Assembly: GCA_023129325.1 (NCBI GenBank) | Contig: JAGMCI010000012.1 | Coordinates: 37,850 to 101,849, forward strand | Direction: 5' to 3' | From: a candidate division WOR-3 bacterium | Lineage (GTDB): Bacteria; Hydrothermota; UBA3073; JACQXS01; JAGMCI01 | Length of the DNA stretch: 64,000 nt | In this document: positions 56,901 through 64,000 of the stretch, one piece after another | Layout of the letters: every line of letters begins with the position of its first letter | Position numbering within the stretch: the first letter of the stretch is position 1 | The notes under the pieces: model-generated | What the model was told of the DNA's origin: nothing | The model's database searches: none | The model's input: only the letters and a program-made list of their open reading frames with translations | Made by a program: the position numbers and the translations under genes

Positions 56901-57532
56901 TTATGCTCTATGGTGAGCCATCTCTGTGTCACTTCGGCCGCACTGGAGGAGCCTATCTGACAGAGAGTATGTGGGTATATAATCAGGGAGACGGGTTGCT
57001 GACTGTCTCTGGCATTACCAGTAAAGGAAAAAGCTGGATTATTGATATTAGTCCTTCATCGTTTAATGTTTCCCCTGGCGATTCTCAAAATGTTACAGTA
57101 TCTGTTAATGCTAAGGGATTAGCAGAGGGCACATATAGAGATACACTGAAGATTGCTTCTAATGACCCTGATGAGTCTTTATACAATGAGCTTGTGGTTC
57201 TTAAGGTTGTTATAACAGGTATTGAGGAGCACGAAATTGTTCCTGATAATAAGCCGATTTACCTTGTTTCTCAGGGCTGGCCTAATCCTTTTAGTACATA
57301 TACTAATATAAAGTTTGTAATCCCTATGCGAACTTGGACAACGCTTTCAATCTATGACATAAGTGGGAGATTGGTTAGAAAATTGATTGATAATAAATTA
57401 GATGCCAGAGACTGGACAGTAACTTGGGATGGCAGGAATAGCAAAGGAAGAAAGGTCTCTTCTGGTATTTATTTTGTCAAGCTTTCAACTGAAGATTATA
57501 AAGCAACAAGGAAACTAATTTTGTTGAAGTAG
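53954..57532 (+). CDS. Peptidase C25 (gingipain-like) with T9SS C-terminal sorting domain; paralogue of 2940-6143.
   Basis: RBS aaggagg 5 nt upstream. Signal peptide MRRLFLFIGVVSFIGSSLLSA. YDYVIITTSAC…YVLIVGEDADIPMRRC catalytic region aligns with the first C25 gene. CTD GWPNPFSTYTNIKF…LSIYDISGRLV…GIYFVKL. Confidence 0.75.
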   Translation: MRRLFLFIGVVSFIGSSLLSALPIGVMGKRNMKTVKKLSIGKGGIIDLEGKDIILGPESFETAVPPTGWSQFSFPWNRSSNEWFKVEDSGHQGSYVAWIDYDGSYVQDQLLQTPALNFSSYTGCTLTFYAWQDSWYDDYLCIGVATQGGGADDPTWTGLGYLYQSGSNWGGWSIDLSVYDGQSNVVIGFEYYTDTPDQNSIGIDYVTVTAAGGGGQPNLKPYTPTGWSGPLVCSVNNDTISEDTLYAGQAYYLSFAVKNDGAADITDTFAVYITKNDTPYLGWNIPSLVQNGVVRGICIPDTIFTPGEYSMKVVADALNNITESDETDNVWGKIFYWKTGGTPDIAVTPESLYYYYETSEKVKKVSGYWDASEVCVTVDIPNFTAEEAEDGTQRINIPGFGHLSRGGVPYLPAKVFTLAIPPGAVVTSVDVKGAMSLLPGTYNIMSAPPLLPMSNRSKLTHQIMERYAETKEKVYSADTFFPEVLGKFDGTGGLRKYNLVDVSVCPFSYNPVAGELRFTSSITIDVYYTLDDDKLQEAKKLESDNLFEGEASEIIYNYEMAKEWYSNNKSTKSLYDYVIITTSACSSAVSSLVDWKTSLGYNVKIVTKSEINSGSGIDFQQKLRNFLRDKYPQGQWGIEYVLIVGEDADIPMRRCVPWNDDPDSPWNDTLLSPVPTDLYYAELTATDNTSWNKDGDDYYGEAGDGSGGAGDDSPDYHADVHLGRIPWSDNSKISHICQKIVAFEQNTDISYKKASLLGGAMSNYYNENGQGADRTDGAELMEDLMNDGIIDSTKAVTEYEKAGVNPSTYSCDYPITQTNLINQWQNKGIFNEWAHGWLDSFARKVWVEDTNEDNIPQDNEMAWYNGLKSTDAPSLDDNYPAIGFLCSCLCSYPEYTNNLGAALLYQGSAGIVSSTRESLYRPGWSSAADGGNASVDYYFFKKLLSDTNSTHGRVGDALDAARNEYAGLDVWDWPSRYVNIYGFMLYGEPSLCHFGRTGGAYLTESMWVYNQGDGLLTVSGITSKGKSWIIDISPSSFNVSPGDSQNVTVSVNAKGLAEGTYRDTLKIASNDPDESLYNELVVLKVVITGIEEHEIVPDNKPIYLVSQGWPNPFSTYTNIKFVIPMRTWTTLSIYDISGRLVRKLIDNKLDARDWTVTWDGRNSKGRKVSSGIYFVKLSTEDYKATRKLILLK

Positions 57533-57753
57533 GGAAAAGGTTACGGTGACGATGCCCGTTTCGTCAATCGGCTTTTGGTGACCCTGTCTGGATAGGCAGG
57601 TGTGGATTTACTTTTTTCTTGACCACCGCACAAAAAACATTTGTGCGGGGTTAGAAATTCTAAGCATAAGCCCCGCGCATAAACAATTATGTACGGGGCA
57701 TTAGCAAGATTTTTCTTGACAAACTTGGGATTCTGAATTATATAATAAATAGC

Positions 57754-58701
57754 ATGAACTATAAGGAATTAATATCTGAAATAGAGAAGGGTAAAATTAA
57801 TTCCTCTTACTTTTTGGTGGGTGAAAATACTTTCCTTAAAGAAGAAATAGTAAGTATAATAGAATCTAATCTCATTCATCCTAAATTTATTTCAACCGAT
57901 AAACTCGTTATTTATGGTGAGGATTGTCAAAACCCTGTAAGCTGGCTCTTAACTCCTCCACTTGGTTCTGAAAAGAAGCTTCTTATCCTTAAACATACCG
58001 AACAGTTGCCTCCTGAGGAGAAAAAAAATATTCAAAAATGGCTTGACTCTCTGAGTAAAAATTCAACAGCAAGCGATTCAGTTCTCATCTTAATGGCAGG
58101 AGTTAAGGCAAGTAAGATGAGCTTTAATAATACGATAACTTGTAATTGTTATAAATTAAAAGGCCAAGCTATTGGTTGGCTTAAAACATTTACTAAAAAA
58201 AAGGGCTTTGATATAGAAATAGAAGCCGCTCAAATGCTACATCAACTATTTGGAGATGACCTCTATATCCTATCAACAGAAATTGAAAAACTAATGAATT
58301 TTATTGAGCCACGAACTCTCATAAAATTAGATGATGTCCAGCAAGTCGAGAGCTTAGAACTTGCAGGTTCCATCTTTGATTTAACTCATGCAATAGCTGA
58401 AAAGAAGCTAAAAACTGCAGAGAGGTTACTTCATTTGCTTTTCCAACTGGGTAAAAAACCACCCAGCACCCTATTGTGGAGTATTGGAGCACATTTTGAT
58501 ACCTTATTAAAATTAAAAGAAGGCAAAGAAGTAAAAGTGCATAAATTTTATTTATCCAGATATAAACAACAGGCTAAAGATTGGGAATATGAAGATTTGC
58601 TTAATGTATTTTCTCTCTTGTTTAAAACAGACCTCGCAATAAAAACATCTCAAGCAAAACCACAGTTTTTGCTTGAAGAACTTATTTACAAATTATGTTA
58701 A
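57754..58701 (+). CDS. holA: DNA polymerase III delta subunit.
   Basis: 315-aa protein with the characteristic N-terminus (…YFLVGENTFLKEEI…) and the C-terminal helical domain of HolA. Promoter at 57716-57746. Confidence 0.65.
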   Translation: MNYKELISEIEKGKINSSYFLVGENTFLKEEIVSIIESNLIHPKFISTDKLVIYGEDCQNPVSWLLTPPLGSEKKLLILKHTEQLPPEEKKNIQKWLDSLSKNSTASDSVLILMAGVKASKMSFNNTITCNCYKLKGQAIGWLKTFTKKKGFDIEIEAAQMLHQLFGDDLYILSTEIEKLMNFIEPRTLIKLDDVQQVESLELAGSIFDLTHAIAEKKLKTAERLLHLLFQLGKKPPSTLLWSIGAHFDTLLKLKEGKEVKVHKFYLSRYKQQAKDWEYEDLLNVFSLLFKTDLAIKTSQAKPQFLLEELIYKLC

Positions 58702-60914
58702 TTTATTTAATCTTTTTGGCAGCAAGCCTGTCTCGCCTGTCGGCAGACAAGGCGGGTCACTTACAAACTTCGGACTACTGGGCTCAATCAATCTGGGATG
58801 GCGGTCCAGGACAACTTATGTGGGAAGATACAACACGGTATCTTAATACTCTTAATATAGATGGTAGAATATTCCCTGGTGAAATCAGACTCTTTGCACC
58901 ATCAGGAAATTGGGAGTCATCAGTTGAACTTGATATTTGGAGAGTCAATACTATTATTGCAGATACAGGAGGTATAATATATGCTGGGTGTAGCTATGAC
59001 AGTTCAATGGTGCTTAAATCACGACTGGTCAAACTTAAGGATTATGGAAATAGCTTTGTATGGGAAAAAACATTAGGAGGCTCGGATGTTTATTCACTTT
59101 TTTTACTTAAAAATGGCAATTTATTGGCAGGAGCTGGTACCTACCTTTATATATTCCCTGATGCGGAGCTTGAACCAGTTTATATAAAATCATTTAGTGG
59201 CAATATTTTAAGTCTTTATCAACCATGGGATTTTAATTATGTTTATCTTGGGACATCTGCTGGACAAATCTGGTATTCAAATAAAAATGGAGCGCAAGGG
59301 ACCTGGGAAAAGTGTCCCGGTTTACCCTATCAAGCTGGAAGTATTAATCAAATTTTTGAATCTTCAAATAAAATATTTTATGCCTGCACTGGACCTGGTT
59401 ATGGCGGAAAAGTATTCTGGTCAGTAGAAAAGGAGGGCATATATTGGGATTTATTGAAGTCATTTAGTGGAATTGATGCAATTTACTCTATCTGTGAAGA
59501 CCCGAGCCATAATTTATATATAAGCGGTGTAAGCAATGATGGGAGTGGTAAGCTTTATACTTCCTCTGATTCAGGTAAATCATGGCAGACAATTAATTCA
59601 CCCTGGGAAGAAGCTGATTTTTATCATATTCTTGCAGATTCAAATGGTAGCCTGTATGTGGGTGGTTGGTGTAGAGGAGCTAAAGCACCAAAAGGAATGA
59701 TTTTCACATCAAAAGATAAAGGAGAGACCTGGGATACCCTGTATAAGCCTCAAGGAGTCTGCCCTTCTTATATTAAAGCCCTTTATCAGACAAGAGAGGG
59801 TATTTTACTTACAGGTGGTGATACTAATGTAGTTTTGAGGTCAGGCTATAGTACAACAGGCTGGCTTGAGTCCTCTGTTTACGATGTCTTTGAAAATGCA
59901 TCCAGAGTTAATAGAAGCTTGCAATTTAAAAGACTACACTGGGATGGAAATCTAAATGGTGGCAATATAAAGATTAAAGAGAGGTCAGGACTTCTTGATT
60001 CAATCCCTGATTCTATGCTTGGCTGGGATAGATGCTATCCTGTACCACAAGATGGAAATCCAGTAGACTATAACGGTGCATTTGATGGTGATAGATATAT
60101 CCAATATCGGGTAGAATTATCATCTTCATCTTCCATTAAGACGCCTGTGGTATCACTGATTTACACAAAATTTACATATGATACCACATGCCCTTACATT
60201 GTATCAGCAATAGCCAGCGATGGTGATAGTGCCTTGCCAGGAATAGATGATGATGACTATGTAGATATTAAGTTTAGCGAATCAATGAATGCATCTCGGA
60301 TTGAAACTCGTAATATTGACAAGGCTTTAAAGCTAAGTCAAGGACATTCTTGGAGAAGTGATTCAGGACGCGGAGTTATTAAGAGAACTGGAGAATGGGT
60401 TACTCCTTCTATACTGAGAATTTATCTCTCTACCTTGAGAATAGGAGATGGAGCTGGTTATCCACCCACTATTGAGATTGGGGACACAATAACTCCTGAT
60501 TCTACAATCATTCAAGATGTCTGGGATAACCCTTGTTTTTCTCCTTGCGTAATTACAGGTTCTTTTTCTAAGACAGGCACCGAAGAAAGTAGGAAGTGGG
60601 AAGTAGGAAGTGGGAAGTTAAAGATTTATCCTAATCCATTCAGCACAAAGACAGTCATTAGTTATTCGTCATTAGTCATTAGTGAGAAAAATCTTAATGA
60701 CCAATTACCAATGACCAATAACCTGCAACACGTAGTGTTGCGTATTTATGACCTCTCTGGAAGACTAATAAAAACCTTGGTGAATGAAAACAAATCGCCA
60801 AGCACTTACAAGTTTAAACTTCACAAGGATAGCCTGAAATCGGGCATCTATTTCTTAAAACTTACAGTTGATAACAAAACTATTGACACTCAAAAACTAA
60901 TTCTCCTCAAATAA
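58695..60914 (+). CDS. BNR/Asp-box repeat beta-propeller protein with T9SS C-terminal sorting domain. It carries repeat insertions.
   Basis: Asp-box motifs SSDSGKSWQ and SKDKGETWD. CTD KIYPNPFSTKTVISY…LRIYDLSGRLIKTL…GIYFLKL. Insertions at 58727-58756, 60584-60620 and 60653-60686. Confidence 0.6.
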   Translation: MLIYLIFLAASLSRLSADKAGHLQTSDYWAQSIWDGGPGQLMWEDTTRYLNTLNIDGRIFPGEIRLFAPSGNWESSVELDIWRVNTIIADTGGIIYAGCSYDSSMVLKSRLVKLKDYGNSFVWEKTLGGSDVYSLFLLKNGNLLAGAGTYLYIFPDAELEPVYIKSFSGNILSLYQPWDFNYVYLGTSAGQIWYSNKNGAQGTWEKCPGLPYQAGSINQIFESSNKIFYACTGPGYGGKVFWSVEKEGIYWDLLKSFSGIDAIYSICEDPSHNLYISGVSNDGSGKLYTSSDSGKSWQTINSPWEEADFYHILADSNGSLYVGGWCRGAKAPKGMIFTSKDKGETWDTLYKPQGVCPSYIKALYQTREGILLTGGDTNVVLRSGYSTTGWLESSVYDVFENASRVNRSLQFKRLHWDGNLNGGNIKIKERSGLLDSIPDSMLGWDRCYPVPQDGNPVDYNGAFDGDRYIQYRVELSSSSSIKTPVVSLIYTKFTYDTTCPYIVSAIASDGDSALPGIDDDDYVDIKFSESMNASRIETRNIDKALKLSQGHSWRSDSGRGVIKRTGEWVTPSILRIYLSTLRIGDGAGYPPTIEIGDTITPDSTIIQDVWDNPCFSPCVITGSFSKTGTEESRKWEVGSGKLKIYPNPFSTKTVISYSSLVISEKNLNDQLPMTNNLQHVVLRIYDLSGRLIKTLVNENKSPSTYKFKLHKDSLKSGIYFLKLTVDNKTIDTQKLILLK

Positions 60915-60942
60915 ATCTTTAACTTCTAATTTATTTTTCAAC

Positions 60943-61016
60943 ATTCAAGAGTGCAGACTTCAGTCTGCCATTTCCTTGAGAGATAATGTAGGGGCAGGGT
61001 TTATCCCTGCCCAATA
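60943..61016 (+). terminator. Two consecutive stem-loops after the BNR T9SS gene (GCAGACTTCAGTCTGC and GGGGCAGGGTTTATCCCTGCCC).
   Basis: 7-bp and 9-bp GC-rich perfect stems. The second is followed by AATAAGATTTT. A near-identical GCAGACTTTAGTCTGC hairpin occurs at 37990-38006. Confidence 0.5.
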
Positions 61017-61215
61017 AGATTTTGTAGCCGTTCCGATGTATTGGTTCATTTAATGAATATTCTGTGTCTTTCTGTGTCTATTTTTCTCTGTGCCCTTCTG
61101 TGGTTGACTTTTTTGCTTGACAAATTGAGAACCTATTGTAAAATGGCATTGTGCAAAGAGCGTTGACTAAAGTTATAAAAGTGGAAAAAACCGTGAACCA
61201 AAAAGAGAAAGATTC

Positions 61216-61267
61216 TCCCGCCTGTCCGTCTCCGTCCCACTTCGCTTGTCGGAGCGGGGCGGGCAGG
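61216..61267 (-). repeat. Family A element, reverse orientation.
   Basis: The reverse complement matches the 51-bp consensus with 3-4 mismatches. Confidence 0.8.
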
Positions 61268-61339
61268 GAAATAGTTAAACTTAGGTGCAGGGTGAGGATA
61301 AAAGAAGCTGGTGCCTCCGGCTTTAAATTGCCCAAACAT

Positions 61340-62413
61340 ATGAAGGGAAGAGTTTATCAAGTGACCAGAAAATGTGTCTACCCCTGGTTAATAGCTAAAG
61401 GAGATGATATTATTCTTAACCCAGAAGAAGTTAAGCGTCGGATTAAACCGAGTAAGTTTGATATAAATCGTGACGGCTATCCAGAGGAAATTCTTGAAAA
61501 TGAATTCTTGAAAGTCACTATTCTCCCCCATTTTGGAGCCCGAATCTGGAGTTTGGTCTACAAAGCAAATGGCAAAGATAAATTTAAACCTACTCTTCAA
61601 TATGGGAAAAATGAGTATGTTGAACTTGGTGGTGCTGATGACCATATAGAATTTGAGCCACCGGGCAAATTGTGGAATGCTGAATTTAAGACTAATAAAA
61701 AAGGATATTACAAATATGAGAAACATGGCTTGAAGATTGTGAAACACATCAAGCTCATCCCAGGGTTACCAATTTTACAAGAAATTATAACTATTAAAAG
61801 TAAAAAGAAGAATAAAATCTTTTTCTGGCACCGAATACCAATAAATGTTAGTCTAAAAGGTCACGAACCAGTTGTATTTATTCCAACACAAGAAAAATTA
61901 GCTCACCGAAGATACCATCCAGCTTTATCCCCCTGGCCACATCACTACAAATATTATGGAATTAAATTAGGAGCTTTCATAGTCCTGAATGAAAAGACTG
62001 ATGAAAACTTGCTCTGGATAACCAAACCTAAATCATTGGATGTTTTAACAATATTAGCCAGACCACAACTCTTCATCATTGCTCCGTATTGGGTTCAAAA
62101 AGAATTAAAAAAAGGCAATCAAATAAAATATAGTTTCTTATACATTTTAGGAGAACAATGCTATTCAGGACCTGATACTTTGGCTATTAGTTCAAGAGCT
62201 AAAATTGGAGATAAAGTAATCTTTTCTCTAATTGCGAGAACAGAACGGCACATTAAGCTTGCTAAAATTTACTATTCTGATAAACCAGAAACAACTCACG
62301 AATTACCTTTGCCGCTCGTGGAACACAATTTTACTGGTATAGGTAAATTATTAGTTGGTAAAACTACTATTGATACAGAAGCTAAAATCAAGTTTAAACT
62401 TGAACTTAAATAA
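61340..62413 (+). CDS. Hypothetical protein. The annotated ORF starts at 61151, but that part overlaps a promoter and a GC-rich element, so the start is placed at the first ATG after it.
   Basis: Long ORF with no motif I recognise. The 61151-61339 portion translates repeat element 61216-61267 and the -10 region of a promoter. Confidence 0.4.
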   Translation: MKGRVYQVTRKCVYPWLIAKGDDIILNPEEVKRRIKPSKFDINRDGYPEEILENEFLKVTILPHFGARIWSLVYKANGKDKFKPTLQYGKNEYVELGGADDHIEFEPPGKLWNAEFKTNKKGYYKYEKHGLKIVKHIKLIPGLPILQEIITIKSKKKNKIFFWHRIPINVSLKGHEPVVFIPTQEKLAHRRYHPALSPWPHHYKYYGIKLGAFIVLNEKTDENLLWITKPKSLDVLTILARPQLFIIAPYWVQKELKKGNQIKYSFLYILGEQCYSGPDTLAISSRAKIGDKVIFSLIARTERHIKLAKIYYSDKPETTHELPLPLVEHNFTGIGKLLVGKTTIDTEAKIKFKLELK

Positions 62414-63273
62414 TGTATTATCTATTATTTTGGATTGCCTTACTATTCAACAGCAACACAGCAGCACAGCAACACACTGTAAATAGAGTTATTTCTTTAG
62501 TTCCTGGGGTAACGGAAACAATTTATGCCCTGGGAGCCCAGGATAAGCTTGTAGGAGTTATTACCCCTTGTGACTATCCACCAGGCATTGAAAAGCCAAT
62601 TGTAGGTAACTTTTCTTTCCCAAATTTAGAACGAATCATTTCCCTTTCACCTGACCTTGTATTTGTTGAAACCGGGGAACAGAAGTATTTATGGCCCAAA
62701 TTTGAAGAATTAGGAATCAATTTTTTAGTCGTAGCACCTAAAAGTGTAACTGAAATATATAAGTCAATTCTTGATATAGGGAAGCTACTTGATAAATCAA
62801 AAGAAGCTGATTCTATTGTCCAGGAAATGCAAAATGAACTTAATGAACTTCAGAAGCTAATCCCTAAAAGACAACGCCGTGTTTTAATTGAAATTTCAGA
62901 TAATCCACTTATAACTTGTGGTAAAGGGAGCTTTTTAGATACCTTGATAACTTTAGCTGGTGCTATCAATATAGCTCACAACATCAACAAGCCTTATCCC
63001 ATTGTATCCTCAGAATTTGTCATTAAAGCTGACCCGGAAGTTATCATAATTACTCATCCCGGCAGTTCTCCATCTGAAAGGTTAGGCTGGGAGGGAATAA
63101 CAGCTGTAAAAGAGGAGAGAATTTATTCAGATATTGACCCTAATATACTTTTAAGACCAGGACCACGAACAATCAAAGGTTTAAGGGCTTTAAGGGAAAG
63201 AATTTATCCAGAATTATTTATCCCAACACAGAACGCTACCCAAAAAATTAAAACTAATAATCTTCAAAGATGA
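62413..63273 (+). CDS. ABC-transporter periplasmic substrate-binding protein (class III; BtuF / Fe-siderophore-binding type).
   Basis: VISLVPGVTETIYALGAQDKLVGV… typical of the Peripla_BP_2 family. ~286 aa. Confidence 0.65.
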   Translation: MYYLLFWIALLFNSNTAAQQHTVNRVISLVPGVTETIYALGAQDKLVGVITPCDYPPGIEKPIVGNFSFPNLERIISLSPDLVFVETGEQKYLWPKFEELGINFLVVAPKSVTEIYKSILDIGKLLDKSKEADSIVQEMQNELNELQKLIPKRQRRVLIEISDNPLITCGKGSFLDTLITLAGAINIAHNINKPYPIVSSEFVIKADPEVIIITHPGSSPSERLGWEGITAVKEERIYSDIDPNILLRPGPRTIKGLRALRERIYPELFIPTQNATQKIKTNNLQR

Positions 63274-64000
63274 TTTTGTCCTTTATTTTAGCTATTAATA
63301 TTATACTTATGCCTCCGTTTAGTAAAAGAACACAAAAACTGCCATTTAGAGCAAAGCATCCAGCAATTGATAGACCTGAGAGAATAAGAGCTCCTGTTCC
63401 TGATTCTCTGAAAGCTATCGTTTTACTTATAGACTTCCCCGACAAACCCCATACTCACAGCCAATCAGAATTCCAGTCATCACTTTTTGACCATATCTCT
63501 GGAACTATGTGGGACTATTATCAGAAAGTCTCATATTCCAAATTTTCTCTTGATGGAACAGTAGTCCTGTGGGTTCGTGCTCCAAATGAGTATTCTTATT
63601 ATTGTAACACAGATGACTCAACTGGCACTGATGACGACCATGGATTTGACCTCGCCAACTTCCCACATAATGTTCTTGGATTAGTAAGAGATGCGGTTAT
63701 AAAGTCTGACAGCCAATATAATATTGACTTTTCAGATTTTGATATGAATGGCGATTCTTATGTTGACGCCTTATTTGTGGTTCATTCAGGTCCGGGAGCT
63801 GAAGCTACTGGAAGTGCAGATGACATCTGGTCCCATAAATGTAGTTTCTCAGATGTAAATGAATATTATCAAAATACACCAGAATTTATAGATGTAGATG
63901 GTGTTAAAGTAGATGTTTACTCTATGGAACCCGAAGAATTTCCTGACCATACTTTAATTACTATAGGTGTATTTTGTCACGAGTTTGGGCATGTTCTTGG
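63270..64000 (+). CDS. M6-family (immune-inhibitor-A-like) metalloprotease domain protein; the 3' end lies outside the window.
   Basis: Frame open from the ATG at 63270 to the window end. ALFVVHSGPGAEATGSADDIWSHK and HEFGHVLG (HExxH) motifs. Not in the supplied ORF track because there is no stop in the window. Confidence 0.6.
   Translation, partial: MILSFILAINIILMPPFSKRTQKLPFRAKHPAIDRPERIRAPVPDSLKAIVLLIDFPDKPHTHSQSEFQSSLFDHISGTMWDYYQKVSYSKFSLDGTVVLWVRAPNEYSYYCNTDDSTGTDDDHGFDLANFPHNVLGLVRDAVIKSDSQYNIDFSDFDMNGDSYVDALFVVHSGPGAEATGSADDIWSHKCSFSDVNEYYQNTPEFIDVDGVKVDVYSMEPEEFPDHTLITIGVFCHEFGHVL

Noticed and set aside
1-64000. tRNA/rRNA genes
   Set aside because: No region shows the GC-rich acceptor-stem, T-loop (GTTCRANYC) pattern or rRNA-like conservation. 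The GC-rich islands are accounted for by the repeat families.

Overview
AT-rich (~1/3 GC) bacterial chromosomal window. Many genes have strong Shine-Dalgarno sites (aaggagg), and at least five proteins end in a type-IX secretion (T9SS/Por) C-terminal sorting domain, so this is probably an FCB-superphylum-like lineage. I will not name a taxon.

Gene content in order:
- 5'-truncated lon.
- Three paralogous zinc-ribbon/TM/HEAT-repeat genes interleaved with a C25 gingipain-like peptidase.
- On the minus strand, purF, then a cation:proton antiporter, a PtsN-like EIIA protein and a P-II-like protein (the purF stop overlaps the antiporter start).
- A small AT-rich three-gene cassette with its own promoter: unknown, SecB-like chaperone, putative PD-(D/E)xK protein.
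- A ~22-kb O-antigen/exopolysaccharide locus: rmlB, wza-, wzz-, wzx- and wzy-like genes, six glycosyltransferases, a B12-binding radical-SAM gene, a sugar phosphotransferase, epimerase, oxidoreductase, UbiA prenyltransferase and acetyltransferase.
- A MacAB-TolC-like tripartite efflux system.
- A minus-strand metal-uptake locus: feoA, feoB, dtxR, TonB-dependent receptor, DUF4198, zupT.
- A cluster of T9SS cargo proteins: beta-propeller, a second C25 peptidase, BNR-repeat protein and an M6 protease. holA and a BtuF-like binding protein sit among them.

The most striking feature is a set of several families of GC-rich palindromic mini-elements (25-125 bp) scattered through this AT-rich DNA. Many lie in-frame inside protein-coding genes and add short peptide segments; examples are LPAPLRQAKRDGDGKAG and EAEASTYP. 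This resembles Rickettsia palindromic elements (RPEs). One copy is flanked by target-site-duplication-like GGAAGTGGGAAG repeats. Another splits the C-terminal CxxC...CxxC zinc ribbon of an acetyltransferase.

No rRNA, tRNA or CRISPR array was recognised.
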